The position numbers and the translations under genes are program-made. A DNA stretch of 64,000 nucleotides from an uncultured Candidatus Saccharibacteria bacterium. GTDB lineage: Bacteria; Patescibacteriota; Dojkabacteria; SC72. The DNA is taken from positions 118,506 to 182,505 of the forward strand of contig CAZEQZ010000002.1 of NCBI GenBank assembly GCA_964514595.1. Direction: 5' to 3'. Position 1 is the first letter of the stretch. Every line of letters begins with the position of its first letter. The notes beneath the pieces were generated by a model that worked only from the letters and a program-made list of their open reading frames with translations, ran no database searches and was not told the DNA's origin. Shown one piece after another: positions 1-10,265 of this stretch.

Positions 1-39
1 GCTTTCTTAGGAGTTTTCTTAAGATAGGCAGTAGGTCGA

Positions 40-657
40 TTATTTTATAAGTATTTCCCTCTTCATTTTATTTCTTATAATCTTCATATATACATCACAA
101 TCTTCCTTCTCCCTTGCATAGTATCTGTGGACACTACCAGCAATTACATCCGCCAATTGTATTAGATTATTTGATCTAGAGTCTACAAATTTACAATTCT
201 TAATCCACTTCTTCCCATCAGACTTTGTAACAGAATTTCTCAAGATTACATTGATTTCCTTATTAGTCCTTTTGCTTCCGATTTTATCAATTCTTATCCT
301 TGCATCTCGTAAAATGCTTCGATTTTCTTTAAACAATCTCTGCAAAAGAAATGGATAATCTATGTATTTTTGATTCCCTCCTATTTCTCCTTTAAAAAGA
401 ATTAAGGATCTAATTTCAAATTCAAATTTAGAAGTTTTTAACAAAAACTTAATTCTCTCTTGCTTGGTCATTTTATTAAATTTGAATTCATGATTCACAG
501 ATTTCCCCATCTCTTCCTTTAGTTTTCCTATTCTTTCAGAGATTTCTTCTGCTTCTAAATCTTCTTTGATTCCAACCATTATAATTATAAATACTGTACT
601 AGAGCCTTTCTCTACCTTATAACCTGGATCTCCTGATTCATCAATAAATATAATCAT
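40..657 (-). CDS. DUF3800 domain protein (RNase H-like fold)
   Basis: N-terminal FIDESGD and C-terminal S...IQLADVIAG motifs typical of DUF3800; start placed at ATG 657 (MIIFIDESG). Confidence 0.85.
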   Translation of the reverse strand: MIIFIDESGDPGYKVEKGSSTVFIIIMVGIKEDLEAEEISERIGKLKEEMGKSVNHEFKFNKMTKQERIKFLLKTSKFEFEIRSLILFKGEIGGNQKYIDYPFLLQRLFKENRSILRDARIRIDKIGSKRTNKEINVILRNSVTKSDGKKWIKNCKFVDSRSNNLIQLADVIAGSVHRYYAREKEDCDVYMKIIRNKMKREILIK

Positions 658-729
658 ATGTAAGTGTAGCAAATAAATATTAAATAATTATTAAATTAAT
701 GATTATTCTCCCTTTCTACTTACATAAAA

Positions 730-738
730 TGATATAAT
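730..738 (+). promoter_or_regulatory. Extended -10 promoter element of the fic gene
   Basis: TGATATAAT ends 5 nt before the ATG at 744. Confidence 0.55.
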
Positions 739-743
739 TATGT

Positions 744-1493
744 ATGCATAAATACTCTCCTGAAATAGAAAAATACATTACGGAAATAGATACTCTTCAA
801 AGACAAATAAATAGAAAAAGACCTCTTAAACAAAGGAGAATACAATTACTTAAAGACTACTATCTCATAGGTTTAACATATACATCTAACTCTTTGGAGG
901 GCAATACCCTTACAGAATCTGAGACTAAGGTCGTAATAGAAGACGGTCTAACCATAGGGGGCAAACCCCTAAGAGATCATCTGGAAGCGCAAGGGCATGC
1001 TAATGCATATGAATACATGTTTTCCCTTGTCAATAAGAAGGAGATATCTGTAGGTGATATATTAGAATTACACAGACTGTTCTATGAAAAAATAGATGAA
1101 AAGAATGCTGGTCAATATAGAAGCGTGGAGATTCTTATTACAGGGTCGAAATATTCTTTTCCCAAACCAAATGAAATAGAGCGCTTAATGAAGGAGTATG
1201 AAGGAAGAGTAAAAGAATTAATTAAGAAAGAGCATCCTGTTGTCGCTGCTATTAAGGCACATAAAGAGTTTGTAAATATACATCCATTTGTAGATGGTAA
1301 TGGAAGAGTAGCAAGATTAATAATGAATTTGATACTTCTGCAAAACAGGTACAATATCACTATAATACCAACTGTGCTACGCTCTGAATATATAGATTCT
1401 CTTGAGAAAGCACATAGTGATGATACAGAATTTATTATGCTTATACTAAGGTGTCTTCGCGAGAGTCAAAAGGAGTGGTTAAGACTTCTTTAG
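744..1493 (+). CDS. Fic family protein (AMPylase) with N-terminal inhibitory motif
   Basis: Canonical HPFVDGNGRVAR Fic motif; TSNSLEGN matches the (S/T)xxxE(G/N) inhibitory helix. Confidence 0.92.
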   Translation: MHKYSPEIEKYITEIDTLQRQINRKRPLKQRRIQLLKDYYLIGLTYTSNSLEGNTLTESETKVVIEDGLTIGGKPLRDHLEAQGHANAYEYMFSLVNKKEISVGDILELHRLFYEKIDEKNAGQYRSVEILITGSKYSFPKPNEIERLMKEYEGRVKELIKKEHPVVAAIKAHKEFVNIHPFVDGNGRVARLIMNLILLQNRYNITIIPTVLRSEYIDSLEKAHSDDTEFIMLILRCLRESQKEWLRLL

Positions 1494-1500
1494 GGAATTT

Positions 1501-1986
1501 CTACAATACCTTAGATATTACAAATACAATTATCCCGATATTAATACCTATCTTTAAGAATATACTAACTAATACCCCTATGGCAGAGCCTACCCCTGCC
1601 TTAAGGCTTTGATTGATATCTTTACCTGAGAATGTTAGTTCAAACAGCGTAGCTCCAATCAGAGGGCCCAGGAACATACCTACAATACTTCCCACTATTA
1701 ATCCAACAATCCCCCCTACTATTGCCCCTATCATACCCCATGTAGAGCCTCCGAACTTTTTAGCACCCATAGCTACAACAATATTATCTACAAATGTAGA
1801 GAGGAGAGAAAGAATAAATAGGATTATTAATATGGTTGGTGTTAAGGTTTCAAATCCATTTATAAATGCAACTATAACTGTTGCTATATATACTAACCAA
1901 ATACCTGGAAGTGTTAAGATTGTTAATATTACTCCTGCAAGAGCAATAATTGCAGAGAGTGTGTACAGAAATATTTCTAAGATCAT
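1501..1986 (-). CDS. DUF456 (YqgC-like) membrane protein
   Basis: Hydrophobic; LPG motif, GAKKFGGS.WG and a Gly-rich GAIVGGIVG..GPLIGA stretch. Confidence 0.8.
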   Translation of the reverse strand: MILEIFLYTLSAIIALAGVILTILTLPGIWLVYIATVIVAFINGFETLTPTILIILFILSLLSTFVDNIVVAMGAKKFGGSTWGMIGAIVGGIVGLIVGSIVGMFLGPLIGATLFELTFSGKDINQSLKAGVGSAIGVLVSIFLKIGINIGIIVFVISKVL

Positions 1987-3248
1987 AGTTTTGATATTTT
2001 AGAGTAATAGATTATGTAAAGGAAGAGGGTGGAGAGTAATTGTATTGCAAATGTAACCCATATTACTCCAACATACCCATACTCCCTAACTATCAATATA
2101 TTTAAAATCACATTCACTGTTCCTGATACTACATTTTGTATCGCCATTAATTTCGCATGTCCTGTAGAGGTAATAATGCCAGTATTTATAACTACTACTG
2201 GTATAGCTACAGAGAATGTTAAAGTGACTGGGAGTAGTAGAGCCATCAGTATACCATCAGAGTATATTGGAAAGAGAGTAGATATCCCAAATCTAGCTAC
2301 TATCATAGACACTGGTATGAATACAATATTTAGAAGTAGCATATAAGAGAGTATTCTTTTAAATATACCTTTCACATCTCTATACTTTTTAAGAGAAAAC
2401 ATTTCTACTATGTTTGGTGCTAGTACCTGACCTAGTACAGAGAAAGGTATCAGAAATATTGTATATACCTTATTAAGTAGTTCATACACAGCTATTTCTT
2501 CAAGTAGATTGTATCCTCCTAGTATTAGTACATTTACCTTAGAAAAGAAGTAATGTCCTAGTGATGCAATACCAAAATACATTGAGTATTTCCCTATATC
2601 CTTAATTATCTTCTTCTCTATCTTAAATTCATATCCCTTTTGTAATATGAAGAGAATGATTGCATATATTCCAAAGTATACTGCTTGTGCAAGTATTGCT
2701 CCTTTAAGTTGGAAATTTGTGACTAGTATGTATGATATGGTTATACCTAATACTGAGTTGCATAGTGATACTGTAGCTAATTTTTTAAACTTTTTTAATC
2801 CTCTGTATATACCATCTAGTACGGATGTGAGGGGAGTTATGAGGACCAAGGGTAGTGCATAGTATATGTATTCTAGATGTCTAGGGAAGATACTCTCTTT
2901 GAGTATTAATACAGTAGATACAACCACCACAGATACAGTGAGTATTATGAGTAGGGAGTTAAAGAATACTTTATTCACCTTCTCTTTCTGAGTAGTGTTG
3001 TATAGGGTAATGTATCTTGATGTGGATATTGATATACCGAAGTCTGAAAATATTACTAACATTAGTAATATAGATGATACATATCCATATATACCCATTT
3101 CTTCCTTTGTAAGGAAGTATGTGGCTATGAAGAACATTAAACCACTTGTACCTTGTTTAGAGAGTATTTGTATTAATCTCCATATGAATGATTTGGATAG
3201 TTCTTTGTTATTTTGGTATTTCTGAATTAGGAGTTTTTTAAGATTCAT
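1983..3248 (-). CDS. Oligosaccharide flippase (Wzx/MOP family)
   Basis: About 12 TM segments; L..EEMGIYG...DFGI motif; NVILNILI..YGYVG near the C-terminus. Confidence 0.85.
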   Translation of the reverse strand: MNLKKLLIQKYQNNKELSKSFIWRLIQILSKQGTSGLMFFIATYFLTKEEMGIYGYVSSILLMLVIFSDFGISISTSRYITLYNTTQKEKVNKVFFNSLLIILTVSVVVVSTVLILKESIFPRHLEYIYYALPLVLITPLTSVLDGIYRGLKKFKKLATVSLCNSVLGITISYILVTNFQLKGAILAQAVYFGIYAIILFILQKGYEFKIEKKIIKDIGKYSMYFGIASLGHYFFSKVNVLILGGYNLLEEIAVYELLNKVYTIFLIPFSVLGQVLAPNIVEMFSLKKYRDVKGIFKRILSYMLLLNIVFIPVSMIVARFGISTLFPIYSDGILMALLLPVTLTFSVAIPVVVINTGIITSTGHAKLMAIQNVVSGTVNVILNILIVREYGYVGVIWVTFAIQLLSTLFLYIIYYSKISKL

Positions 3249-4432
3249 ACTGAAATCTTCTTAAAAACATCATGCGTTACCTTTGCTACATTCTCCCATG
3301 TATATTTTTGAGAGAGTATATATCCCTGCTCTATCCTCTGTGTGTATTTCTTAGGATTGGTATATACATCATATATTTTTCTTCCCACCTCTTCTGCATC
3401 TAATCCATTTACCATCAATGCTACATCTTTAAATAGTTCCATATATACAGGACTTTTGTGTAGTATTGTTGGGGTTTTGCATCTTAGTGCCTCTATGGGA
3501 GAAAATCCAAACCCTTCATACAAAGACAGGTGTATGAATGCAAATGCGTTACTTAGTAGTGAGTATTTCTGTATATCTTCATAGAAGCCCGTGAATATTA
3601 CACACTCTTGTATATGTTCTTTCTCTATTAGATCATATAGCTCCTTTACCTCTCTTTTAGATTTGTCTTGAAACTTACCTCCTGATATTACTAAGTATGG
3701 TACATCTTTTGGATTTTTCTTAAGTATCCTTAGGAATGATATATATCCCTCTATGACACCTATTGAGTTTTTACTTTTATTAATCCCTCCTCCTAGATAT
3801 ATGATGTATCCTCTTTGTTTATAGTCAGAGGGAAGTATTTTTTCTAATGAGACTTCTTTCTTTTCTAGATCTACTCCTAGGTATGATGTATATATTTTTT
3901 CTTTGGGATATTTAGGAAAGTATTTGAGGTAGTCTTGTTTAGATGTATCTGAATTGCATATTAGGTATTTACATTTTAATGATTTATACATTGTCATCCA
4001 GTACTGTACTCCCCTTACGATGTTGTGTATTGGTGATATTTGGGAATACATGTTAAACATGGGAAGGTTCATATCATGGATAAAGAGTACTGTGGGCATG
4101 GAGTATGATGGATAGTTTCTCCAAAAGTATGGAGAGAAAAATATACTGTCTTTCTGTTTAATCTTTTTAATAGTGGGGAGTATTTTAAAGAAATACCATA
4201 TGTCATTTTTATAGTCATTTATTTTGTATTTGCCTATATCTACTATTTGTACATTTTTTAGGTTTTCTATTTGTCCATCTAATGTAGATTCATGGTTGTT
4301 AAAGAGTAATAGGGAGAATTTTGTATTAGGGTATCCTTTTGCAAGAGAGAGTATTATATTTTTTGTATATTGACCAGGACCAGCATATGCCATTTGGTCT
4401 TGGGTTGTTGTAGCGTCTATTATGATGTGCAT
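3245..4432 (-). CDS. Glycosyltransferase family 4 (GT-B)
   Basis: SLYEGFGFSPIEA motif; IHD and YLGVD motifs. Confidence 0.88.
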   Translation of the reverse strand: MHIIIDATTTQDQMAYAGPGQYTKNIILSLAKGYPNTKFSLLLFNNHESTLDGQIENLKNVQIVDIGKYKINDYKNDIWYFFKILPTIKKIKQKDSIFFSPYFWRNYPSYSMPTVLFIHDMNLPMFNMYSQISPIHNIVRGVQYWMTMYKSLKCKYLICNSDTSKQDYLKYFPKYPKEKIYTSYLGVDLEKKEVSLEKILPSDYKQRGYIIYLGGGINKSKNSIGVIEGYISFLRILKKNPKDVPYLVISGGKFQDKSKREVKELYDLIEKEHIQECVIFTGFYEDIQKYSLLSNAFAFIHLSLYEGFGFSPIEALRCKTPTILHKSPVYMELFKDVALMVNGLDAEEVGRKIYDVYTNPKKYTQRIEQGYILSQKYTWENVAKVTHDVFKKISV

Positions 4433-4442
4433 TGTATATATA

Positions 4443-6272
4443 TTACCTAATTACTTTAAATATATACAATGTTTTGTTTTTAAGGGGGATGGTATCTGTT
4501 AGTTCTAACCAATCTTCATTAAAATACTCTTCTAGTTTGCCTTGGTGTGGGAAAGAAATATCTTCTATATTAGATACTGTCAAAGCAATCTTCTCTATGC
4601 CATATATAGTAGTCATCTCCCTATCTACCTCTATATCATCATAGTACATAGTGTATGTATCTCCGTACTCAAATTTCCTTAGATGTTTTTTCCTCGGTAC
4701 CCAATCTCTTAATTTCCACTTCCACTCTGCACCGTATTCTCTGTTTCCTCTGTATGCTCCTGCTAGAAGATCCCAACCGATATCATTTATTAGAATATTT
4801 TCTCCTTGATCAAAGTATGATATTACTTTCTCCACCTCATAGTCTCTACCAAAGTTAATGTATTGTCTTAGAGGACCTAGTTTGTAGAAGTAGAAGGATA
4901 TTACTGAGAATGTTAGAGCTCCCATTAGTAGGCTGAGTAACAGGTATGATATTTTGATTTTTTTGTGAAGGAGATAGTAAAGGATATACCCTATTATTGC
5001 AATTATATTCAAACCTAATTTGATATATGCATAGTCGGCTTCGAATAACAGACCCACAAGGGAGATAATTGATGATATTACAACTATCCATATGTATTTC
5101 TTACTATCCTTAACTATATCCTTGAGAAATATTAAGTACAGAAAGAAAATAATTGGAGTTATTGGAAATAGGTACCTATCAAATGATTGTCTAACTACAA
5201 ATACCCCTATAAATGACCAGATTATTAATATCAATGCTATTAATATATCCTCTTTCTTTTTTATTGCATTTTTAAATATTAATATGCTTGTAAAGAGGGC
5301 TGGGAAGAAAATTATTTTAGGTATGGAAAGGAATGAGAAGCTTCTAGGATATAGGAATTTACCTATATACCCTACTACTATGTTTGCTATCTTTTTAATA
5401 GGACTTTCTCCTTCTTTCTTTTCTTCATCAACTGCAATAGGGACATAGTTATATACCGTAGGGGCATCTGGGCTTTTTAATCTTACTATACTTTGTGTGG
5501 CTGCTTTCATTTCGAAGTGTTTTAGTTGGTACTCTACTCCTCCTTTTGTTACACCTGGTATTACGGTAAATATTACTGTGTTAAGTGGTATTATGGATGT
5601 AAATATCATTAGTAATATGTATATGACAGGAGGAAGTAGTACTGGAAGGCTTCGTTTGAATATCTCTTTAATACTGTTAAATGAAAAGCCTTTCCAAGAG
5701 GATATGAGAAGATACAGTAGATATCCTGGGAGGATCATAAAGAAGACTGATTCTTTTGCATCTAGGATTAATAGTAGTGCCAATCCTACTAACCAGTATG
5801 ATTTTTTATAGATAATTAAGTATATGAAGAGTAATAGAGAGAGCATTACAGGAAATTCTCTCATGTATGTGGGAAGGTGTAGTATGAATTGAAAGTTGGT
5901 TAGAAGGAGTATGGATCCTGCTAATGGGTATAGTGTATTAGGGAAGTATTTATCTAGGATTTTGTAAAATACATATAGTAGTGCACAACCTATTAATATA
6001 TTCCATATGGTGGCAACAGTAAGTGAAGGACCTGTTAGGAAGAATATTAGAGCTACTGGTAATTTGAAGAGAAAACCGTGTACTCCTACACCGTAATGGC
6101 CTATCCATTCTCCCCTACTTAATGCTTCTTTCATTATTACTGATTCCCATAGGTATAGGTCATCGTCTAGGGTAGCGTTTCTAAATATGAGGGATATTAA
6201 ACCAAGAGTAAGGCATAGGAGTACGGGAATGTATATTGAATGTTTTTTAAGAAAAGTTCTTACTTTCTCCAT
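4443..6272 (-). CDS. Polytopic membrane protein, putative GT-C (PMT/ArnT-like) glycosyltransferase
   Basis: 609 aa with many TMs; DDD acidic motif after TM1; RE, K-E and DRYLFP motifs; soluble C-terminal domain. Confidence 0.65.
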   Translation of the reverse strand: MEKVRTFLKKHSIYIPVLLCLTLGLISLIFRNATLDDDLYLWESVIMKEALSRGEWIGHYGVGVHGFLFKLPVALIFFLTGPSLTVATIWNILIGCALLYVFYKILDKYFPNTLYPLAGSILLLTNFQFILHLPTYMREFPVMLSLLLFIYLIIYKKSYWLVGLALLLILDAKESVFFMILPGYLLYLLISSWKGFSFNSIKEIFKRSLPVLLPPVIYILLMIFTSIIPLNTVIFTVIPGVTKGGVEYQLKHFEMKAATQSIVRLKSPDAPTVYNYVPIAVDEEKKEGESPIKKIANIVVGYIGKFLYPRSFSFLSIPKIIFFPALFTSILIFKNAIKKKEDILIALILIIWSFIGVFVVRQSFDRYLFPITPIIFFLYLIFLKDIVKDSKKYIWIVVISSIISLVGLLFEADYAYIKLGLNIIAIIGYILYYLLHKKIKISYLLLSLLMGALTFSVISFYFYKLGPLRQYINFGRDYEVEKVISYFDQGENILINDIGWDLLAGAYRGNREYGAEWKWKLRDWVPRKKHLRKFEYGDTYTMYYDDIEVDREMTTIYGIEKIALTVSNIEDISFPHQGKLEEYFNEDWLELTDTIPLKNKTLYIFKVIR

Positions 6273-6302
6273 ATCGAGTCTATACAGTTTACTGTCGCTT
6301 AT

Positions 6303-7184
6303 TTATTTCTTTGTAAACTTAGTAACTATACTCTTTACTAAGTCTCTATTTTTGAAGACAAAAAGTCTAATTAATCTTCGGGGATCAACATAGTAAAAAA
6401 TCTTGAACAATGGATACAATCTTAGAAACGAATAAAACTCTATCGTATCTTCGTAGGCATTTCTTATCTTATTTTTTTTCTCACTTTCCTGAGAAGCATT
6501 TATTGTTATAGATTTCTCATGAGCCCGGAAAATAGCCAAGGAATCATTAATAAAACCTATTTTTTTATATCGCAGGAAACCAAGAAGCATAACAAACATA
6601 TCTGGACCAACACCATGATAATAGTTACCACCTTTTTTAAGTAATTTCCCCTGATAAATTCCGTCTACTAGCTCTTCCTTCCTGAAAAGGCAACATGACG
6701 GAGAAATTACACCTCCTGAAAGAAGAATTTGATTCTTAATAAAGAAATTATTAAATATGCCAGTCTTATTGAAGAACTTGATCTCTTCAACTCTCTTTTT
6801 ATTTTCTTGCTCATGGCTTATTTTCGCATTAGTTATCACACAACTAACGTCATCCTTCATCAACCGTAATGTCTCTTCTACAAATGTAGATTCTAGCCAA
6901 TCATCATCAAACAATATTTTTACATACTTTGTTTGAGCGTGTAAAACCCCATCCAACCAAGCGAAATGAGGTCCGAAATCTTCATCTCTTCTAATATACT
7001 TAACTTTTCCTTCGTATCTCTTTACTACTTCAGGAGTGGAATCCTGGCTTCCATGGTCACAGACTATTACGTCACAAGGATAAGTCTGAGCCAATGCGGA
7101 ATCTATTGCATCCACTAAGTAATTTGCCCGATTAAAAGTTTGAATCATTATGGTAACTTCAGAGATTTTTTTGTCTTTATTCAT
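6303..7184 (-). CDS. Glycosyltransferase family 2
   Basis: TFNRA..L..AIDSALAQTY, DHGSQD and FDDD motifs. Confidence 0.88.
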   Translation of the reverse strand: MNKDKKISEVTIMIQTFNRANYLVDAIDSALAQTYPCDVIVCDHGSQDSTPEVVKRYEGKVKYIRRDEDFGPHFAWLDGVLHAQTKYVKILFDDDWLESTFVEETLRLMKDDVSCVITNAKISHEQENKKRVEEIKFFNKTGIFNNFFIKNQILLSGGVISPSCCLFRKEELVDGIYQGKLLKKGGNYYHGVGPDMFVMLLGFLRYKKIGFINDSLAIFRAHEKSITINASQESEKKNKIRNAYEDTIEFYSFLRLYPLFKIFYYVDPRRLIRLFVFKNRDLVKSIVTKFTKK

Positions 7185-7944
7185 TTAGAACATTTTTCAA
7201 TTTATCTATATTTGCTACAAGACTATCAAAATCTCCTAAACTCTTTATCTTTAGTTTCTTAGATGTCATTTGCCTAACAAAATCTTTCACTTTTGTACTC
7301 TTTCCAGATCCGATATTGTATGTCCCCAGAGCCCTAACTTTCATCAGTTTAAGCAATATATCAGCTATTTCTTCAGCGTTTAAGAAGTCTCTCTCACTCT
7401 CACCACCATATAGCTCAAACTCTTTTGTTAAATCTTCTTTGGCCAATCTTTCTTTAATGCTTGGATAGAGAAACGGAACTTTTTGAGAACCATGGTACAT
7501 GCTAAAAATTCTTCCTATACAAAGATTCTTGTAGTATTTTCTTGCTAATACCTCACCTGAATATTTAGTTAGACCATATTCGGATGTCGGATCTATTTCA
7601 TTCGTTTCTTTAATAGGTTTGTCCGAAGGTTTATACACATGAGAGGAGCTAGAATAGAACATCCATGTATCAGGAGAGTTCATATTTAAGCTATCAACTA
7701 AATTCTTCGTTCCTATAGCATTCACATCAAAAGCACTTAACAAATCATCCTTTACTACCGATGTGGGAACAATTGCGGCAAGATGAAAAATGGATTCTAT
7801 TTTTTCTAATTTCAACCAATTATCAATGTCCTCTCTCTGTCTAATATCTCCTTCAAAGAGAGAGTATTCTATTCCTTTTTCCTTTATCTTATCAACAAGA
7901 ATCGATCCTAAAACACCTTTTCCTCCAGTTATTCCGATATACAT
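7177..7944 (-). CDS. NAD(P)-dependent nucleotide-sugar reductase/epimerase (extended SDR)
   Basis: ITGGKGVLG Rossmann motif, HLAA, SSSHVY, YGLTK catalytic motif, RDF. Confidence 0.85.
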   Translation of the reverse strand: MYIGITGGKGVLGSILVDKIKEKGIEYSLFEGDIRQREDIDNWLKLEKIESIFHLAAIVPTSVVKDDLLSAFDVNAIGTKNLVDSLNMNSPDTWMFYSSSSHVYKPSDKPIKETNEIDPTSEYGLTKYSGEVLARKYYKNLCIGRIFSMYHGSQKVPFLYPSIKERLAKEDLTKEFELYGGESERDFLNAEEIADILLKLMKVRALGTYNIGSGKSTKVKDFVRQMTSKKLKIKSLGDFDSLVANIDKLKNVLNE

Positions 7945-7945
7945 A

Positions 7946-9127
7946 TCAATCTTTTTTAAGTAAATTAACTAGTCTAGCAATCTCTTCTTCATTGAGTTCT
8001 GGATTATTACCAAAATAAAATCCGTTTTGTGAAATAAAGTTAGAATTATCAATATTAGTCACAAGAAACTTCTTACCATTCAAAAACGGCTGATTAGCTA
8101 TACTCCCTGCTATAACAGGCCTAATTTCTACATTGTTATCAATAAATCGTTGTTTATACTTCTCAAATAATTTCTGATCTTTCAATATAACCGGCATCCC
8201 AAAATTGGATACTACATCCATACCAGAAAAATCAAGATCAATAATTTCATCGTTTTTCAATGTTTGCTCATAAAATCTTTTGAAAAATTTTTCTCTCTTA
8301 GAAACAATTTCATCTAAATATTTGATTTGCGTGTTACCCAGAAATCCATTAATCTCGGTAGGTCTGAAATTGTATGCTAAATTATAGAAAGTGTATATGT
8401 CATAAAAATCAGTTACTCCGTATGTCTTTTTCATTTTGTTCTGAAAACTCTTCGAATTATTTCTTGTCCATCCATGAGATCGAGCCATTCTAAGATTCTC
8501 GTACAAATCTTTGTTATCTGTACAAATCATACCCCCCTCTATAGTAGACATGTGATGTCCGACAAAAAAGGAGAACGTCGAGGCAAGACCATAATTCCCA
8601 AGATATACTCCTTTGTATTTTGAGCCCAAGGATTCACAATTATCCTCTATAAGCAATATTTTCTTTCTTTTGCAGAAATCTCTTATATTATCTATATCAG
8701 CACAAAAACCTAGTGCATTTGTTATAAAGAATGCTTTAACATCTGGATGCTCAGTATAAGCTTTTTTTAATATAGCACTCGATGTATTTAGATTTTCAAT
8801 TTCTACATCAAGAAATACAGGAATCAGCCCTAACTGTATTAGAGGCATTACATTTGTAGGCCAGGTTAAATTTGAAACAAATACTTTGTCATTCGGATTC
8901 AATTTCCCCATATTAGACAAAGATTGTATTAGTAGCATATTTGCACAACTTCCATTATGTACAAAAGCTGAATACTTCCTTTCTTGTTTTCTTGAAAAAA
9001 CCTTTTCGAACTTCTCACTTTCTGTCCTCATACTTAAGATGTTTGCCTTCATGATAAAATCACACAATTTTTTCTTAGTATCTTCCTCTTTGTAGAACGT
9101 AGACTTTATTAAACTTATTCTTTCCAT
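7946..9127 (-). CDS. PLP-dependent DegT/DnrJ family enzyme, ColD-like GDP-4-keto-6-deoxymannose 3-dehydratase
   Basis: EDNCESLG and SFFVGHHMSTIEGG, with His where aminotransferases have the catalytic Lys; RSHGWTR; adjacent to gmd. Confidence 0.8.
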   Translation of the reverse strand: MERISLIKSTFYKEEDTKKKLCDFIMKANILSMRTESEKFEKVFSRKQERKYSAFVHNGSCANMLLIQSLSNMGKLNPNDKVFVSNLTWPTNVMPLIQLGLIPVFLDVEIENLNTSSAILKKAYTEHPDVKAFFITNALGFCADIDNIRDFCKRKKILLIEDNCESLGSKYKGVYLGNYGLASTFSFFVGHHMSTIEGGMICTDNKDLYENLRMARSHGWTRNNSKSFQNKMKKTYGVTDFYDIYTFYNLAYNFRPTEINGFLGNTQIKYLDEIVSKREKFFKRFYEQTLKNDEIIDLDFSGMDVVSNFGMPVILKDQKLFEKYKQRFIDNNVEIRPVIAGSIANQPFLNGKKFLVTNIDNSNFISQNGFYFGNNPELNEEEIARLVNLLKKD

Positions 9128-9158
9128 CTGTAATTAATAAATATATTAGGTTTTCTAG

Positions 9159-10208
9159 TTAATATATCACTTTCTTATTATTTAAAATATCTAGATCCGA
9201 TTCTATCATTATTTTGACTAAATCCTTAAACTTAGTTTTAGCTTTCCATCCTAGAATTTTCTTGGCTTTAGTTGGATCCCCTAAAAGCAAATCTACTTCC
9301 GTGGGTCTAAAATATTGAGGATCTATCTCAATTATGGTTTTTCCTGTCTTCTTATCAACACCTTTTTCCTTAAGTCCAGAGCCTTTCCATTTAATTTCCA
9401 TATCTAAAACCTTACATGATTCCTCTACAAATTCCCTAACTGTGTGAGTCTCCCCAGTTGCAACAACATAGTCATCTGGTTTATCTTGTTGAAGCATTAG
9501 CCACATAGACTCTACATATTCCTTAGCATATCCCCAATCTCTTTTTGCATCCATATTACCTAAATATAATTTCTCTTGATTTCCTAACTTTATATTACAA
9601 AGAGCCATAGTTATTTTTCTTGTTACAAATGTTTGCCCTCGCCTAGGTGATTCGTGATTAAACAATATTCCGTTACAAGCAAAGATATTATATGCTTCCC
9701 TGTAATTCTTCACTATCCAGTATGCATAAAGCTTGGCTGCAGCATAGGGACTTCTAGGATAGAACGGTGTAGTTTCTTTCTGAGGTGTTTCCTGAACCAA
9801 ACCGTATAGCTCCGAGGTAGAAGCTTGGTACATCTTAACTTTACTTTCCATATTAAGTAATTTAATAGCTTCTAATATTCTTAGAACCCCTAATCCGTCT
9901 GCGTTTGCAGTATATTCTGGAGTTTCAAAACTTACTTTAACATGACTTTGAGCAGCTAGATTATATATTTCATCAGGTTCAATTTCTTTAAGCAGTTTAA
10001 CTATACTAGTCCCATCAGTTAGATCTCCATAATGCAAAAAGAAATTCTTTGCTTCGTGCACATCCTTATATATATGATCAATCCTCCATGTATTAAAACT
10101 ACTCGATCTTCTTAATATCCCATGTACTTCATATCCCTTCTCTAGGAGAAATTCCGCCAAGTATGAACCATCTTGTCCCGTCACTCCTGTTATTAAAGCT
10201 TTCTTCAT
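9159..10208 (-). CDS. gmd: GDP-mannose 4,6-dehydratase
   Basis: [36 protein letters not shown] and [15 protein letters not shown] motifs. Confidence 0.97.
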   Translation of the reverse strand: MKKALITGVTGQDGSYLAEFLLEKGYEVHGILRRSSSFNTWRIDHIYKDVHEAKNFFLHYGDLTDGTSIVKLLKEIEPDEIYNLAAQSHVKVSFETPEYTANADGLGVLRILEAIKLLNMESKVKMYQASTSELYGLVQETPQKETTPFYPRSPYAAAKLYAYWIVKNYREAYNIFACNGILFNHESPRRGQTFVTRKITMALCNIKLGNQEKLYLGNMDAKRDWGYAKEYVESMWLMLQQDKPDDYVVATGETHTVREFVEESCKVLDMEIKWKGSGLKEKGVDKKTGKTIIEIDPQYFRPTEVDLLLGDPTKAKKILGWKAKTKFKDLVKIMIESDLDILNNKKVIY

Positions 10209-10265
10209 TAATATTTTTATTTAAAACTAAAATAATAACTTGTATTAATTTCTGAACTTATAGTA

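Noticed and set aside
7946-9127. Perosamine synthase (Per) call for the DegT-family gene next to gmd
   Set aside because: The catalytic Lys is replaced by His (GHHMSTIEGG), which points to a ColD-type dehydratase.
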